Shown here piece by piece: positions 27,619 to 36,883 of a DNA stretch of 63,994 bases; position 1 is the stretch's first letter; each line of letters starts with the position of its first letter. The notes under the pieces were generated by a model, which had not been told where the DNA came from, did no database searches, and saw nothing but the letters and a program-made list of their open reading frames with translations. A program made the translations under genes and the position numbers. The stretch covers positions 1 through 63,994 of the forward strand of contig JAEZKB010000052.1 in assembly GCA_023415605.1 (NCBI GenBank), read 5' to 3'. Source of the stretch: Pseudomonadota bacterium (GTDB lineage Bacteria; Pseudomonadota; Alphaproteobacteria; Rhizobiales; Devosiaceae).

Positions 27619-29449
27619 TCGGCACCGCCTGTGGTTTCGACAGCCGGAACAGCACGCTCCATGGCGAGAGCGTGGTGCCCGTCGCAAACCCCTCGAGCCA
27701 AAGATGGTCCGCCGTCCAGAGTTCCAGTCCATCGACCGGCTCTGGCGATAGGTTGGCGACGAGACAGAGCTCCGAGCCATCGCCCAGCGTCCAACGGACT
27801 TCCACTGCCCGGTCATTGATCAGCTGCCAACGCCCGGCATCGGGACCCATATCGTAGAGCCGCGGCACGATCTCGCGCTTACGGATGTCGATGAGCCGGC
27901 GATAAAGCTGCAGGAAGGCGATATGCTCTTCTTTCTCCCGCTCATCCCACCGCAACTTGCAGAGGTCGAACGTGCTCTCCGCCATCGGGTCCGGCAGGTC
28001 ATCCGGCGTGCCCGCGGGGAAATGCTTCAGCTCCTCGCGTCTGCCCGCGCGGATCATTTCCGCCAGATCGTCACCAACATCGGTGAAAAAAGCGAAAGGC
28101 GATGTCGCCGCCCACTCCTCGCCCATGAAGAGAAGCGGGATCTGCGGGCTCAGTAGCACGATGGCTGCAGCCGCTCGCACCGCCTCACGGGGCACAAGTG
28201 ACGTTAGGCGCTCGCCCAGCGGCCTGTTGCCGGCCTGGTCGTGGTTCTGCGCATAGGCGACGAACGCCGTGGGCGGCAGGTGCGTACTGGGCTCGCCCTT
28301 GTGGCGGCCTTCGAACTCCATGTATTCGCCCTGCCAGCTCAGGCCTTCCGCCAGTGCCCGCCCCAGAAGATCCGGCCGTCCGGCGAAATCGGCATAGTAC
28401 CAGTGGCTCTCGCCGGTGAGTGCCGAATGGATCGCGTGGTGGATGTCATCGCTCCACTGCGCCGTATAGAGCCCGGATGTGCCGTCTTCACGCCTGTTCA
28501 GCCAGCCGGATTGATTGAGCGCGTTCTCGGCCACTAGATGGATGTGGCGTCCATCGGTTGCGCCCCGGATCTGCTCGGCCAGGTCGTGCAAGAGATGCCT
28601 GGGGCCCGTGTCCATGATCTCGTGCACCGCGTCGAAGCGCAGGCCATCGAAGCGATATTCGTTAAGCCAGTAGCGGGCATTGGCGTGCACGAAGTCGCGG
28701 ATCATGTGCGAGCCTTCATCATCGTAGTTCACAGCGGGGCCCCAAGGCGTCGCGTGCTTGTCGGTCATCACCGGCGCATAGATGCTGAGGTAATTCCCCT
28801 TCGGCCCGAAGTGGTTGTAAACCACGTCGAGAAACACCGTCAGCCCGCGGTGATGCGCGGCGTCGATGAAGGCCTTGAGATCGTCCGGCCGGCCATAAAG
28901 CGCGTGCGGCGCAAACAGCAGCGCGCCGTCATAGCCCCAGTTCCAGCGCCCGCGGAACTCCGCGATCGGCATCAGCTCGATCGCGGTGATACCCAGGTCC
29001 ACCAGTTCGTCGAGCCGCTCCATCGCTGCCCGGTAGGTGCCTTCCGGCGTGAAGGTGCCCACGTGGAGCTCATAGAGGATCGTTTCCTCCCATGGCCGGC
29101 CGCGCCAGCCGGCATCGTTCCACTCGAAGCTGCGCGGATCGATGACCTCGCTCGGCCCCTCGATCCCCTCCGGCTGATAGCGCGAGGCTGGGTCGGGCAC
29201 CTCGGTGCCGTCGTCGAGCACGAAGCGATAGAGGTTGCCCGCCCGGGCGCCCTCGACCTCGGCTTCGTACCAGCCGCGCCCGACTGGCAACATCGGTAGC
29301 ACGCGCGGCGGATTGTAGAGTTTGAGTGAAACGGCTTTGGCGCCGGGCGCCCAGAGCCGGAAGCGGACACCGCCGGGAATGATCTGGGTGCCGAACTTGC
29401 TTTCCTGTTCACGGGTGATTGGATAGGTGGGGGAAAAATGCGTGTTCAT
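27611..29449 (-). CDS. treZ: Malto-oligosyltrehalose trehalohydrolase
   Basis: FRLWAP, PDPASRYQP, YELHVGTFT, RNWGYDG-type motif, LDVVYNHFG, RFDAVH, QNHDQ. Confidence 0.95.
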   Translation of the reverse strand: MNTHFSPTYPITREQESKFGTQIIPGGVRFRLWAPGAKAVSLKLYNPPRVLPMLPVGRGWYEAEVEGARAGNLYRFVLDDGTEVPDPASRYQPEGIEGPSEVIDPRSFEWNDAGWRGRPWEETILYELHVGTFTPEGTYRAAMERLDELVDLGITAIELMPIAEFRGRWNWGYDGALLFAPHALYGRPDDLKAFIDAAHHRGLTVFLDVVYNHFGPKGNYLSIYAPVMTDKHATPWGPAVNYDDEGSHMIRDFVHANARYWLNEYRFDGLRFDAVHEIMDTGPRHLLHDLAEQIRGATDGRHIHLVAENALNQSGWLNRREDGTSGLYTAQWSDDIHHAIHSALTGESHWYYADFAGRPDLLGRALAEGLSWQGEYMEFEGRHKGEPSTHLPPTAFVAYAQNHDQAGNRPLGERLTSLVPREAVRAAAAIVLLSPQIPLLFMGEEWAATSPFAFFTDVGDDLAEMIRAGRREELKHFPAGTPDDLPDPMAESTFDLCKLRWDEREKEEHIAFLQLYRRLIDIRKREIVPRLYDMGPDAGRWQLINDRAVEVRWTLGDGSELCLVANLSPEPVDGLELWTADHLWLEGFATGTTLSPWSVLFRLSKPQAVPNG

Positions 29450-29480
29450 AGTCTTCGCCGGTTTATGCTCTCAGGATCGG

Positions 29481-29505
29481 AATATCGGTCGGGCCCAGCG
29501 GTTCC
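29481..29505 (-). promoter_or_regulatory. Variant EcfG-type promoter for treZ
   Basis: GGAAC-N17-ATT. Confidence 0.45.
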
Positions 29506-29672
29506 CCCATTCAACAAACGTTAGGGGCCCGGCCAACATAAGTTAGGAAACGTTGGCCGGACCCTGGTTCAGAGCACTCATTTTACCGACGCACGCAAGA
29601 ATAGCGTGGGCGGAGAACCGATCGGCTCGACAGGAGTTGACGAGGGTCCCCCTCTCATCGACCCGGCGAAAA

Positions 29673-32321
29673 TTGACTGCTCATCCCGTCCCCCGCAGCA
29701 CCTATCGGCTGCAGCTCACCGCTGACTTCACCTTCCAGCATGCTGCCGGACTCGTGCCCTATCTCGACGACCTCGGCATCAGCCATGTCTACCTCTCGCC
29801 CATCCTCAAGGCGCGGCGCGGCAGCACGCATGGCTACGACACCGTCGATCACACCCGCATCAGCCCCGAGCTCGGGGGCGAGGACGGCTTCCGCGATCTG
29901 GCCAGCCGCTTGAAGCAGCGTGGCATGGGCATCGTCCTCGATATCGTGCCCAATCACATGGGCGTCGGTGGCGACGAGAATGCGCTTTGGCTGGATCTCC
30001 TCGAGTGGGGTGAGGCGAGCCGCTACGCCGACTGGTTCGACATCAACTGGTCGCCCTCTGATCCGAGCCTGACCGGTAAGCTGCTGGTACCGTTCCTAGG
30101 TTCCACCTATGCCGACGCTCTCGGCAACGGCGCCCTGTCGCTGCGCTTCGACGCAGAAGCCGGCGACTTCTCCATCTGGGCCGAGAACACCCACAAGCTG
30201 CCGCTCACCCCCGCAAGCTACCACGACCTTCCGCTCGGTCTCGACAGTCCTCCCGACGCAACGCTCCTGGCCGCGCCCGGCACCGCCGCAGAGGAACTGA
30301 AGACCCGGCTACGCGACCTCCCGGCCACCGCCATCGAGAGCCTGGTCTCCGAGGTCAACGCCTCCCCTGACCGCCTGCACAAGCTGATTCAGCAGCAGCA
30401 CTGGCGCCCCGCCCGCTATTCCGTCGCTGCCGACGACATCAACTATCGCCGCTTCTTCATCGTCTCCGATCTCGCCGCCGTCAGCGTCGAGCGTGACGAT
30501 GTCTTCGAGCACGTGCACCGCATCCCCCTTCAGCTCGTCGAGGAGGGTCTCGTCGATGGCCTTCGCGTCGACCACATCGATGGCCTCAGGGACCCCAAGG
30601 CCTACTGCCTGCGCTTGCGAGAACGCAGTCCGCGCCCGATCTATCTGGTCGTCGAAAAGATCCTTGCCCCGCATGAGCGGCTGCGCGCCGACTGGAACGT
30701 CGATGGCACTACCGGCTACGAGTTCGCCACCGCCGTCACCCAGCTGCTGACCGACCCAACGGCAGAGGCGAGCCTCACTCGCCTGTACAAAGAGCAGGCT
30801 GGATCGCAGCCCGACGTCCCCAGCATCGAGCGCTCCACCAAGCTCGGTATCATCGACTACGAGATGGCGGCCGAACTTGATGCCCTCACCATGCGCCTTC
30901 ATGGCCTGGCGCGGCAGAACCTCAAGAGCGCCGACATCACCCGCAACGCGCTCCGCACTGCGCTCCGCGCCTATGTCGCCGCCCTGCCGCTCTACCGCAC
31001 TTATGTCGACAGCGACCCGTTGCACGAGGTCGACCGGCGCAATATTGCCGTCGCCCTCGCCTCAGCCCGCCGCGAGACCCCGCAGGTCGATCCCGCCGTG
31101 TTCGACTTCCTCGAACAGGTTCTACTCTGCGAACTTGCCAGCCCCGATGGCGAGTACGACGCCGCGGACGTCCTCGATATCGCCCAGCGCGTCCAGCAAT
31201 ATACCGGCCCGGTCATGGCCAAGGGCCTCGAGGACACCGCACTCTATCGCTTCCACCGCCTCATCTCGCTCAGCGATGTAGGCGAGAAACCCGACCGCTT
31301 CGGTCGCAGCATCGATGCCTTCCACGATTTCTGCCGCGCCCAGGCCGCGGAATTTCCGCACGGCCTGCTCACCACATCGAGCCATGACACCAAGCGCGGC
31401 GAAGACACTCGCGCCCGCATAACCGTTCTCAGCGGCTGCGCCGACGAATGGGGCGATCACGTGCGGCACTGGACCGGCCTGCTGGCTGCCGCCGGCGCCC
31501 CAGAAATCGACGGCAACGACCGCTACTATTTCTTTCAGATGCTGCTGGGCGCCTGGCCCACCGAGTTCGACCCCATCGGCGAGCTCGACCGCGACCGTCT
31601 CGCCCGCTTCGCCGAACGCCTTGACGCCGCCATGCTGAAATCCGTGCGTGAAGCCCGGCAGCGCACCAACTGGACCGTTCCCAAGTCGGACTACGAAGAG
31701 GCGGTGAGCCGTTACGTCAAGACGGCGCTCGACCCCGCCGGCGACTTCCTGACCTCATTCCGTGCCTTCGAGCGCAGGGTCGGACCGCTCGGCGCCCAGA
31801 ACGGCCTGGCGGAGCTCGCCTTGAAGCTCACCGTCCCCGGTGTCCCCGACATCTATCAGGGCGCCGAATATTGGGAGCAGAGCCTCGTCGACCCCGACAA
31901 TCGCCGGCCCGTCGACTTCGACCGGCGCAGCGCCACATTGGCGGCCGAGGCCGATCTCGAGACCGCCAGCCGCCACTGGCGCACCGGCAGCATCAAGCAA
32001 GGGCTGGCGCAGCGCCTGCTCCAACTGCGCCGCGACCTCCCCGACCTCTTCGCCGACGGCGACTATACCCCTCTCGTCGTCGACTATGCCGACGACTCCG
32101 TCCTCGCCTTCACCCGGGCGACCAAGACCCATACCCTGCTGGTCTGCGTCCGCCTCTTCCCCTGGCGTCCCCGCCCTTGGGAGGACGCCCGCCTCCGCCT
32201 GCCCCATCCCGCAACATCGTGGTCGACCCGGGTCGGCACCCTGGATCGGGAGGACGACACCATTCGCGTGAGTTTCGATCGGCTGCCCGTCGCCATCGCC
32301 GTGGCCACGCGTCAGCCCTAG
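29673..32321 (+). CDS. treY: Malto-oligosyltrehalose synthase
   Basis: PRSTYRLQ, GSTHGYD, DIVPNHMG, INYRRFF, RVDHIDGL, VVEKIL, HDTKRGED, SLVDPDNRRPVDF; start uncertain. Confidence 0.95.
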   Translation: MTAHPVPRSTYRLQLTADFTFQHAAGLVPYLDDLGISHVYLSPILKARRGSTHGYDTVDHTRISPELGGEDGFRDLASRLKQRGMGIVLDIVPNHMGVGGDENALWLDLLEWGEASRYADWFDINWSPSDPSLTGKLLVPFLGSTYADALGNGALSLRFDAEAGDFSIWAENTHKLPLTPASYHDLPLGLDSPPDATLLAAPGTAAEELKTRLRDLPATAIESLVSEVNASPDRLHKLIQQQHWRPARYSVAADDINYRRFFIVSDLAAVSVERDDVFEHVHRIPLQLVEEGLVDGLRVDHIDGLRDPKAYCLRLRERSPRPIYLVVEKILAPHERLRADWNVDGTTGYEFATAVTQLLTDPTAEASLTRLYKEQAGSQPDVPSIERSTKLGIIDYEMAAELDALTMRLHGLARQNLKSADITRNALRTALRAYVAALPLYRTYVDSDPLHEVDRRNIAVALASARRETPQVDPAVFDFLEQVLLCELASPDGEYDAADVLDIAQRVQQYTGPVMAKGLEDTALYRFHRLISLSDVGEKPDRFGRSIDAFHDFCRAQAAEFPHGLLTTSSHDTKRGEDTRARITVLSGCADEWGDHVRHWTGLLAAAGAPEIDGNDRYYFFQMLLGAWPTEFDPIGELDRDRLARFAERLDAAMLKSVREARQRTNWTVPKSDYEEAVSRYVKTALDPAGDFLTSFRAFERRVGPLGAQNGLAELALKLTVPGVPDIYQGAEYWEQSLVDPDNRRPVDFDRRSATLAAEADLETASRHWRTGSIKQGLAQRLLQLRRDLPDLFADGDYTPLVVDYADDSVLAFTRATKTHTLLVCVRLFPWRPRPWEDARLRLPHPATSWSTRVGTLDREDDTIRVSFDRLPVAIAVATRQP

Positions 32322-32681
32322 CCGGTTACCGCAACCAGGTCGGTCGGGATCACGTCCGGGTGTAGCCGTCGAGAACACGAACGACACACCGCCTACCGTC
32401 GCACGATGAAAGTTCATGGTCCGGGCTGACGACCAACCATGCACTTTCACGGCCAGACCTTGGACTTTCTGGCTGCCAGCGACGCCTTTGATGGGTGGCA
32501 AGTCGTCCTCAATCCGCTCAACCTATGTTATTTTGCAACCCTGTGCTCTGCTGCACATTAAGGTTGCAGGTGCTGGCTACCCGTCGCTACGGCGAAAAGG
32601 CCAGCCTGGAGGGCGACTATCCGCTTCCTCCCTGATCTTGCGGATGCCGATGCGGGGCATATCAAGACAGGCGAGGTCGAC

Positions 32682-33365
32682 ATGAGTACCGTTTCCATAG
32701 CTATTTCTCGAACACGCCGACTGGTCGAAGCCCTGCGCGGCAAGGCTTTGCAGTTGCACCATCACGATGCTCAGGAAGAAATCGAGGAGATGGCCGAAGG
32801 TCTGCAGATCGTCCTCGACGGGGCGATCGTGCGCCACCGCTTCTTGTCAGATGGCCGCTGCCAGGGCGTCGCCATCTACTATCGCGACGACATCTTCAAC
32901 CTCGGCCGCTACCTGGATGACGTCGATTTCGGTGACGTCCTGGTGGCGCTCAAAGGCACCGTCACAGCCTCTGTTCATCCCGAAGATCTTGCCGAACTGA
33001 TCGGCCCGCAAACCGAAGGCCCGGGACTCTCGGCTTTGGTCCTCCGCGAGCTTAACATCGCACGCGAACGCGTCATCTCCCTCGGCCAGCGCAGCTCGTT
33101 GGAATCCATGGCACATTTCCTTTGCGAAACCATGATCCGCAACCGGTCGCGGCACGCCAACTCGCCGCAGCTCAGCTGCCGCCTCGCCTTGTCGCAAGAT
33201 ATGCTGGGCGGCATTCTGGGCATCTCGGCAGTCCATACCAACCGCACCCTCAAGGAGCTGCGGGCCTTGGGACTGGCCGACCACTCCGATCACCTCCTCA
33301 CCATCCACGATTTCGGCGGGCTGGCGAGGGTCGGCGGTTTCGACGACGGTTACCTCGCCGCCTGA
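32682..33365 (+). CDS. Crp/Fnr-family regulator
   Basis: ESMAHFLCE and HTH LSQDMLGGILGISAVHTNRTLKELR; GAGG RBS. Confidence 0.85.
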   Translation: MSTVSIAISRTRRLVEALRGKALQLHHHDAQEEIEEMAEGLQIVLDGAIVRHRFLSDGRCQGVAIYYRDDIFNLGRYLDDVDFGDVLVALKGTVTASVHPEDLAELIGPQTEGPGLSALVLRELNIARERVISLGQRSSLESMAHFLCETMIRNRSRHANSPQLSCRLALSQDMLGGILGISAVHTNRTLKELRALGLADHSDHLLTIHDFGGLARVGGFDDGYLAA

Positions 33366-34288
33366 ATTGCCCCAACCGCGGCAGTACGTGGCTGCGCCAC
33401 TGCTGGGGCATAGCGTTCGATCATCTGGGCGCAAAAATCAGCAAAGAGCTGCGGATCCCTCGGTGCGCTGGTGTGGTGCGGCGCAAGGCCTTCATGCTCG
33501 GGCGTGAAGCAGAAGGTGACGGTGACATCGAAATCCTGCAGCGCCTCCATCTGCCGGTCGAACCAGTCGATCGCATTGGGCCGGAAACTGTCGGCCCACG
33601 AAAGGCCGGTCCGCACCTTGGTGACGCCAAGCCGATTGAACCAGCTGACCGCATCCTCCAGCCGATGGTCGTGATAGTGAAACCACTGCATCAGCCCGAG
33701 CGGCTCATCGAGCTTCTCGAACTCCGCCAGCGCCGGCTTCGGCGTCCCATCCTCGTGCAGCAACCCCATGTAGAAGTGCCGGTAGTACGATGAGCCCTCC
33801 GCCTCGCGATGGCGGGTAGTGGCTTCCCAAGCGCGCGGCAGGTCGTAGAGGCTGTACCAGTGGATGCGCTCGGCCAAGCCCTGCAATAACTCCGCCGTGC
33901 GTTTTAGCCCCCACGCCTGCACCTCCTCCGCCCCGAAGCTCGAGACGCCCACTTCGGTGATCCACACCGGCAGGTCGGTCACCGCCCGGATCTCCTCGAT
34001 CTTGGCCGGCCAATCATCGATCTGCCAGAGGTTCCAGTCGAGCGGAAAGCCATGTACCGCGACCGCATCCATGCGGTCGAGCGCGCCCATCCGCTTCAAG
34101 CGTTCGATGAACCCCGGGTCGATCGGTGACATCCCGCCCACCAGCCGCAGCACCGCCGGATTGACATCCGCGATCGCATCGGCCGCCAGCGTGACCATCT
34201 GGGCAAACTTGCTCCAGTCCGGGTCCACCTCCGGGTCCCAGTGCGACTTGTTGTTCGGCTCGTTCCAGAGCATCGCTGCTTCGATCAT
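33350..34288 (-). CDS. Clan GH-A glycoside hydrolase (beta-xylosidase-like, GH39-type)
   Basis: MIEAAMLWNEPNNKSHWD, HGFPLDW, VWITEVG. Confidence 0.85.
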   Translation of the reverse strand: MIEAAMLWNEPNNKSHWDPEVDPDWSKFAQMVTLAADAIADVNPAVLRLVGGMSPIDPGFIERLKRMGALDRMDAVAVHGFPLDWNLWQIDDWPAKIEEIRAVTDLPVWITEVGVSSFGAEEVQAWGLKRTAELLQGLAERIHWYSLYDLPRAWEATTRHREAEGSSYYRHFYMGLLHEDGTPKPALAEFEKLDEPLGLMQWFHYHDHRLEDAVSWFNRLGVTKVRTGLSWADSFRPNAIDWFDRQMEALQDFDVTVTFCFTPEHEGLAPHHTSAPRDPQLFADFCAQMIERYAPAVAQPRTAAVGAIQAAR

Positions 34289-35043
34289 GCATTCCTCCCG
34301 CTGTCCGGATAGACCGGTTTGGCGTAGTTCGATTGGTCTGCCGCGCGGCAGATGAACACTTCGTCTTCCGGATGCGCCTCGATGCTGAAACCGGCACTGC
34401 GCAGCATTGCCTCGACACAGGCTCGGTTTGGCACCCACCAGTTCGTCGGATCGTTGGCATAGCGATGCTCGATGAAGTGCATCCGCGGAAAGTCCGGCGC
34501 GTCGAAGAGGTCCGTGTCCCAGAACTCGTAGTTCTCTCTCACGCCCGCCACCGACGGACTGCCCCTCTGCATCGACTGAAACACCATCAGATCATGGGCG
34601 ACATGCTCGCGAATGAGGTCGAGCGCCAGCAGCGGATGCCGCAGATGGTAGAGCACGCCCATGAAGATAACGACGTCGAAACTTTCACCGAGCGTGCCGA
34701 CGTCGTAGACCGAGAGCTTGCGGAACTCGATATCGAGTTCGCTCACCTCGGCGGCGAAGCGGGCCTGCGCCAGATAGGCATCGTCGAAGTCGATGCCCAG
34801 CACACGCTCGGCCCCACGACGCTTCATCTCCATCGAATAAAAGCCGCCATTGCAGCCGATATCGAGCACCGTCTTGCCGCTCAGGTCGGCCGGAATGGCA
34901 TCGGCGAACTTGCGCCACTTGATCGCCGGATAGTCCCCCAGGAAATGTTCGGGGGCGGTCGGCACCCCGCCCAGCTCCATGTTGTGGAACCAGGGACGCA
35001 GCGCCTCTACGCGTTGGCGGATTTCTGCGCTTGTCATTTGCAT
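34285..35043 (-). CDS. SAM methyltransferase, TIGR04290-type (CmoB-like fold)
   Basis: PWFHNMEL, TAPEHFLGDYP, VLDIGCNGG, MGVLYHLRHP, DPTNWWVPN. Confidence 0.88.
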   Translation of the reverse strand: MQMTSAEIRQRVEALRPWFHNMELGGVPTAPEHFLGDYPAIKWRKFADAIPADLSGKTVLDIGCNGGFYSMEMKRRGAERVLGIDFDDAYLAQARFAAEVSELDIEFRKLSVYDVGTLGESFDVVIFMGVLYHLRHPLLALDLIREHVAHDLMVFQSMQRGSPSVAGVRENYEFWDTDLFDAPDFPRMHFIEHRYANDPTNWWVPNRACVEAMLRSAGFSIEAHPEDEVFICRAADQSNYAKPVYPDSGRNA

Positions 35044-35068
35044 GCGCTGTCTCCCTTTTCCTCGGCTG

Positions 35069-35671
35069 TCATGGCGTTACCTCGTTGAGTGTCAGGAGCT
35101 TTGCTCCCCAGTCTCCGATGACCATTGTGGTGATCGAAGCTGGGCCGATCTCGAACCGTGCCCACGCATCGATCGGCAGGCCCAGCACATGGCTGACGAT
35201 GGCCTTGATCACCTCCGAATGCGTCACCAGTGCCACAGCCGCCCTCGGATGCCGCGCGCACAGCCTCTCGACGAGGTTCAACGCCCGCGCCTGCACGTCG
35301 ATCATCCGCTCGCCCGCGGGCGTCCGCGCCAGACTGCGTGTGCTGTTCCACCGGCGCCAGGCGGCATCCTGGTTGAGGGTCGCAAAGTCTTTGCCCTCCC
35401 ACGTGTCGCCGAAATCCACTTCGTCGAGCTCCGGCTCCGCCACGACGCGTCGGATACCCTGTGCAGCTGCGACCAGCGCGGCCGTCTCCTGCGTCCGCTC
35501 GCGCGGACTGGCATGCACTGCCGCGAGGGTTTCCCGCTGCATCCTCGTCGCTAGCCGCTCGGCCTGCGCCCGCCCATCAGGCCCCAGCCAAACGCCCGGC
35601 ATACGGCCGGCGAGAAAGCCGCCGACATTGTCGTGAGCGGCATGCCGAAGCACGAAGAACGTGGTCGTCAC
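35069..35671 (-). CDS. Histidine phosphatase family protein
   Basis: [27 protein letters not shown] start overlaps the inositol synthase stop. Confidence 0.88.
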   Translation of the reverse strand: MTTTFFVLRHAAHDNVGGFLAGRMPGVWLGPDGRAQAERLATRMQRETLAAVHASPRERTQETAALVAAAQGIRRVVAEPELDEVDFGDTWEGKDFATLNQDAAWRRWNSTRSLARTPAGERMIDVQARALNLVERLCARHPRAAVALVTHSEVIKAIVSHVLGLPIDAWARFEIGPASITTMVIGDWGAKLLTLNEVTP

Positions 35672-36771
35672 TCCGCCGCCCCGAGCACCGGTTCCTCGAT
35701 GCCGGCGATGAACTGCTCGGTCCGCCGCCGCGCTTCGTCGTCGGTAAACTGCTGCGGCGGCGACTTCATGAAATAGCTCGACGGCCCCACCAGCGGACCA
35801 CCGATGCCGCGATCGAGCCCCAGCTTGGCGCAGCGCACCGCATCGATTACCACCCCGGCCGAATTGGGCGAGTCCCAGACCTCGAGCTTGAGCTCGGCAT
35901 TGAGCGGCACGCCACCAAAGGTCGTGCCCTCGAGCCGGATGTAGGCCCACTTGCGGTCGGTGAGCCACGGCACGTGATCGGACGGTCCGACATGCACATC
36001 GTTCGCTGCCAAGGGCACATCGAGTTGACTGGTCACCGCCTGCGTTTTCGAAATCTTCTTGGATTCCAGCCGCTCGCGTTCCAGCATGTTGAGGAAATCG
36101 GTATTGCCGCCAAAATTCAGCTGGTACGTTCGGTCTAGTCGCACCCCCCGCTCGCGGAAGAGATTGGCCAACATGCGGTGAATGATGGTTGCGCCAACCT
36201 GGCTCTTGATGTCGTCGCCGACGATCGGCAGTCCCTTGGCGGCGAAACGCTGGGCCCATTCTGGCTTGGACGCCAGAAACACCGGGATGCAGTTGACGAA
36301 GGCTACACCCGCCTCGAGCGCCTGCCGCGCATAGAACTCCGCCGCCTGCTGCGAGCCGACGGGCAGGTAGCAAACCAATACATCCGTCCCGCTCTGTCGC
36401 AGTACCTCGGCGACATCCGCCACCGGTGCCTCCGACTCCGCGATCTCGTCCTTGAGATAGCGCCCGATACCATCGAGCGTTGGCCCGCGCTGGACTACGA
36501 CACCGGTGTCCGCCACATCGGCAAAACGCTGAGTGTTGTTGGTCCCCGCGTAGATCGCCTCGGCCACATCGCGCCCGACCTTGGCATCAGCCACATCGAA
36601 AGCCGCCGAAATCTCAATGTCGCCGATATGGTACCCGCCGAGTTCCACATGCATCAGTCCGGGGACCGGTTCGTTGCCGCTGGCGTCGCGATAATAGGTG
36701 AGGCCCTGCACCAGGGAGGAGGCGCAATTGCCCACTCCGATCAGCCCGACGCGTACCTTCCGATCGGCCAT
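35668..36771 (-). CDS. ino1: Myo-inositol-1(3)-phosphate synthase
   Basis: [51 protein letters not shown]. Confidence 0.95.
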   Translation of the reverse strand: MADRKVRVGLIGVGNCASSLVQGLTYYRDASGNEPVPGLMHVELGGYHIGDIEISAAFDVADAKVGRDVAEAIYAGTNNTQRFADVADTGVVVQRGPTLDGIGRYLKDEIAESEAPVADVAEVLRQSGTDVLVCYLPVGSQQAAEFYARQALEAGVAFVNCIPVFLASKPEWAQRFAAKGLPIVGDDIKSQVGATIIHRMLANLFRERGVRLDRTYQLNFGGNTDFLNMLERERLESKKISKTQAVTSQLDVPLAANDVHVGPSDHVPWLTDRKWAYIRLEGTTFGGVPLNAELKLEVWDSPNSAGVVIDAVRCAKLGLDRGIGGPLVGPSSYFMKSPPQQFTDDEARRRTEQFIAGIEEPVLGAAE

Positions 36772-36807
36772 CTGGGCCTCCCCATGTGAGGTAAGTTGCT
36801 TGGGCTG

Positions 36808-36832
36808 AACCTAACCTCTGGGGGTTGGTTCC
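36808..36832 (-). promoter_or_regulatory. EcfG-type promoter for the ino1 operon
   Basis: GGAAC-N16-GGTT. Confidence 0.75.
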
Positions 36833-36835
36833 ATC

Positions 36836-36860
36836 GGAGCGGGATGCGCGAACCGACGTT
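36836..36860 (+). promoter_or_regulatory. EcfG-type promoter, divergent
   Basis: GGAGC-N16-CGTT. Confidence 0.55.
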
Positions 36861-36883
36861 GCTCGACCGCATTGGAGAGCCGC

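Noticed and set aside
35034..35072. 12-codon [15 protein letters not shown] with ATGA overlaps at both ends
   Set aside because: The methyltransferase has its own RBS (AAGGGAG); likely coincidental
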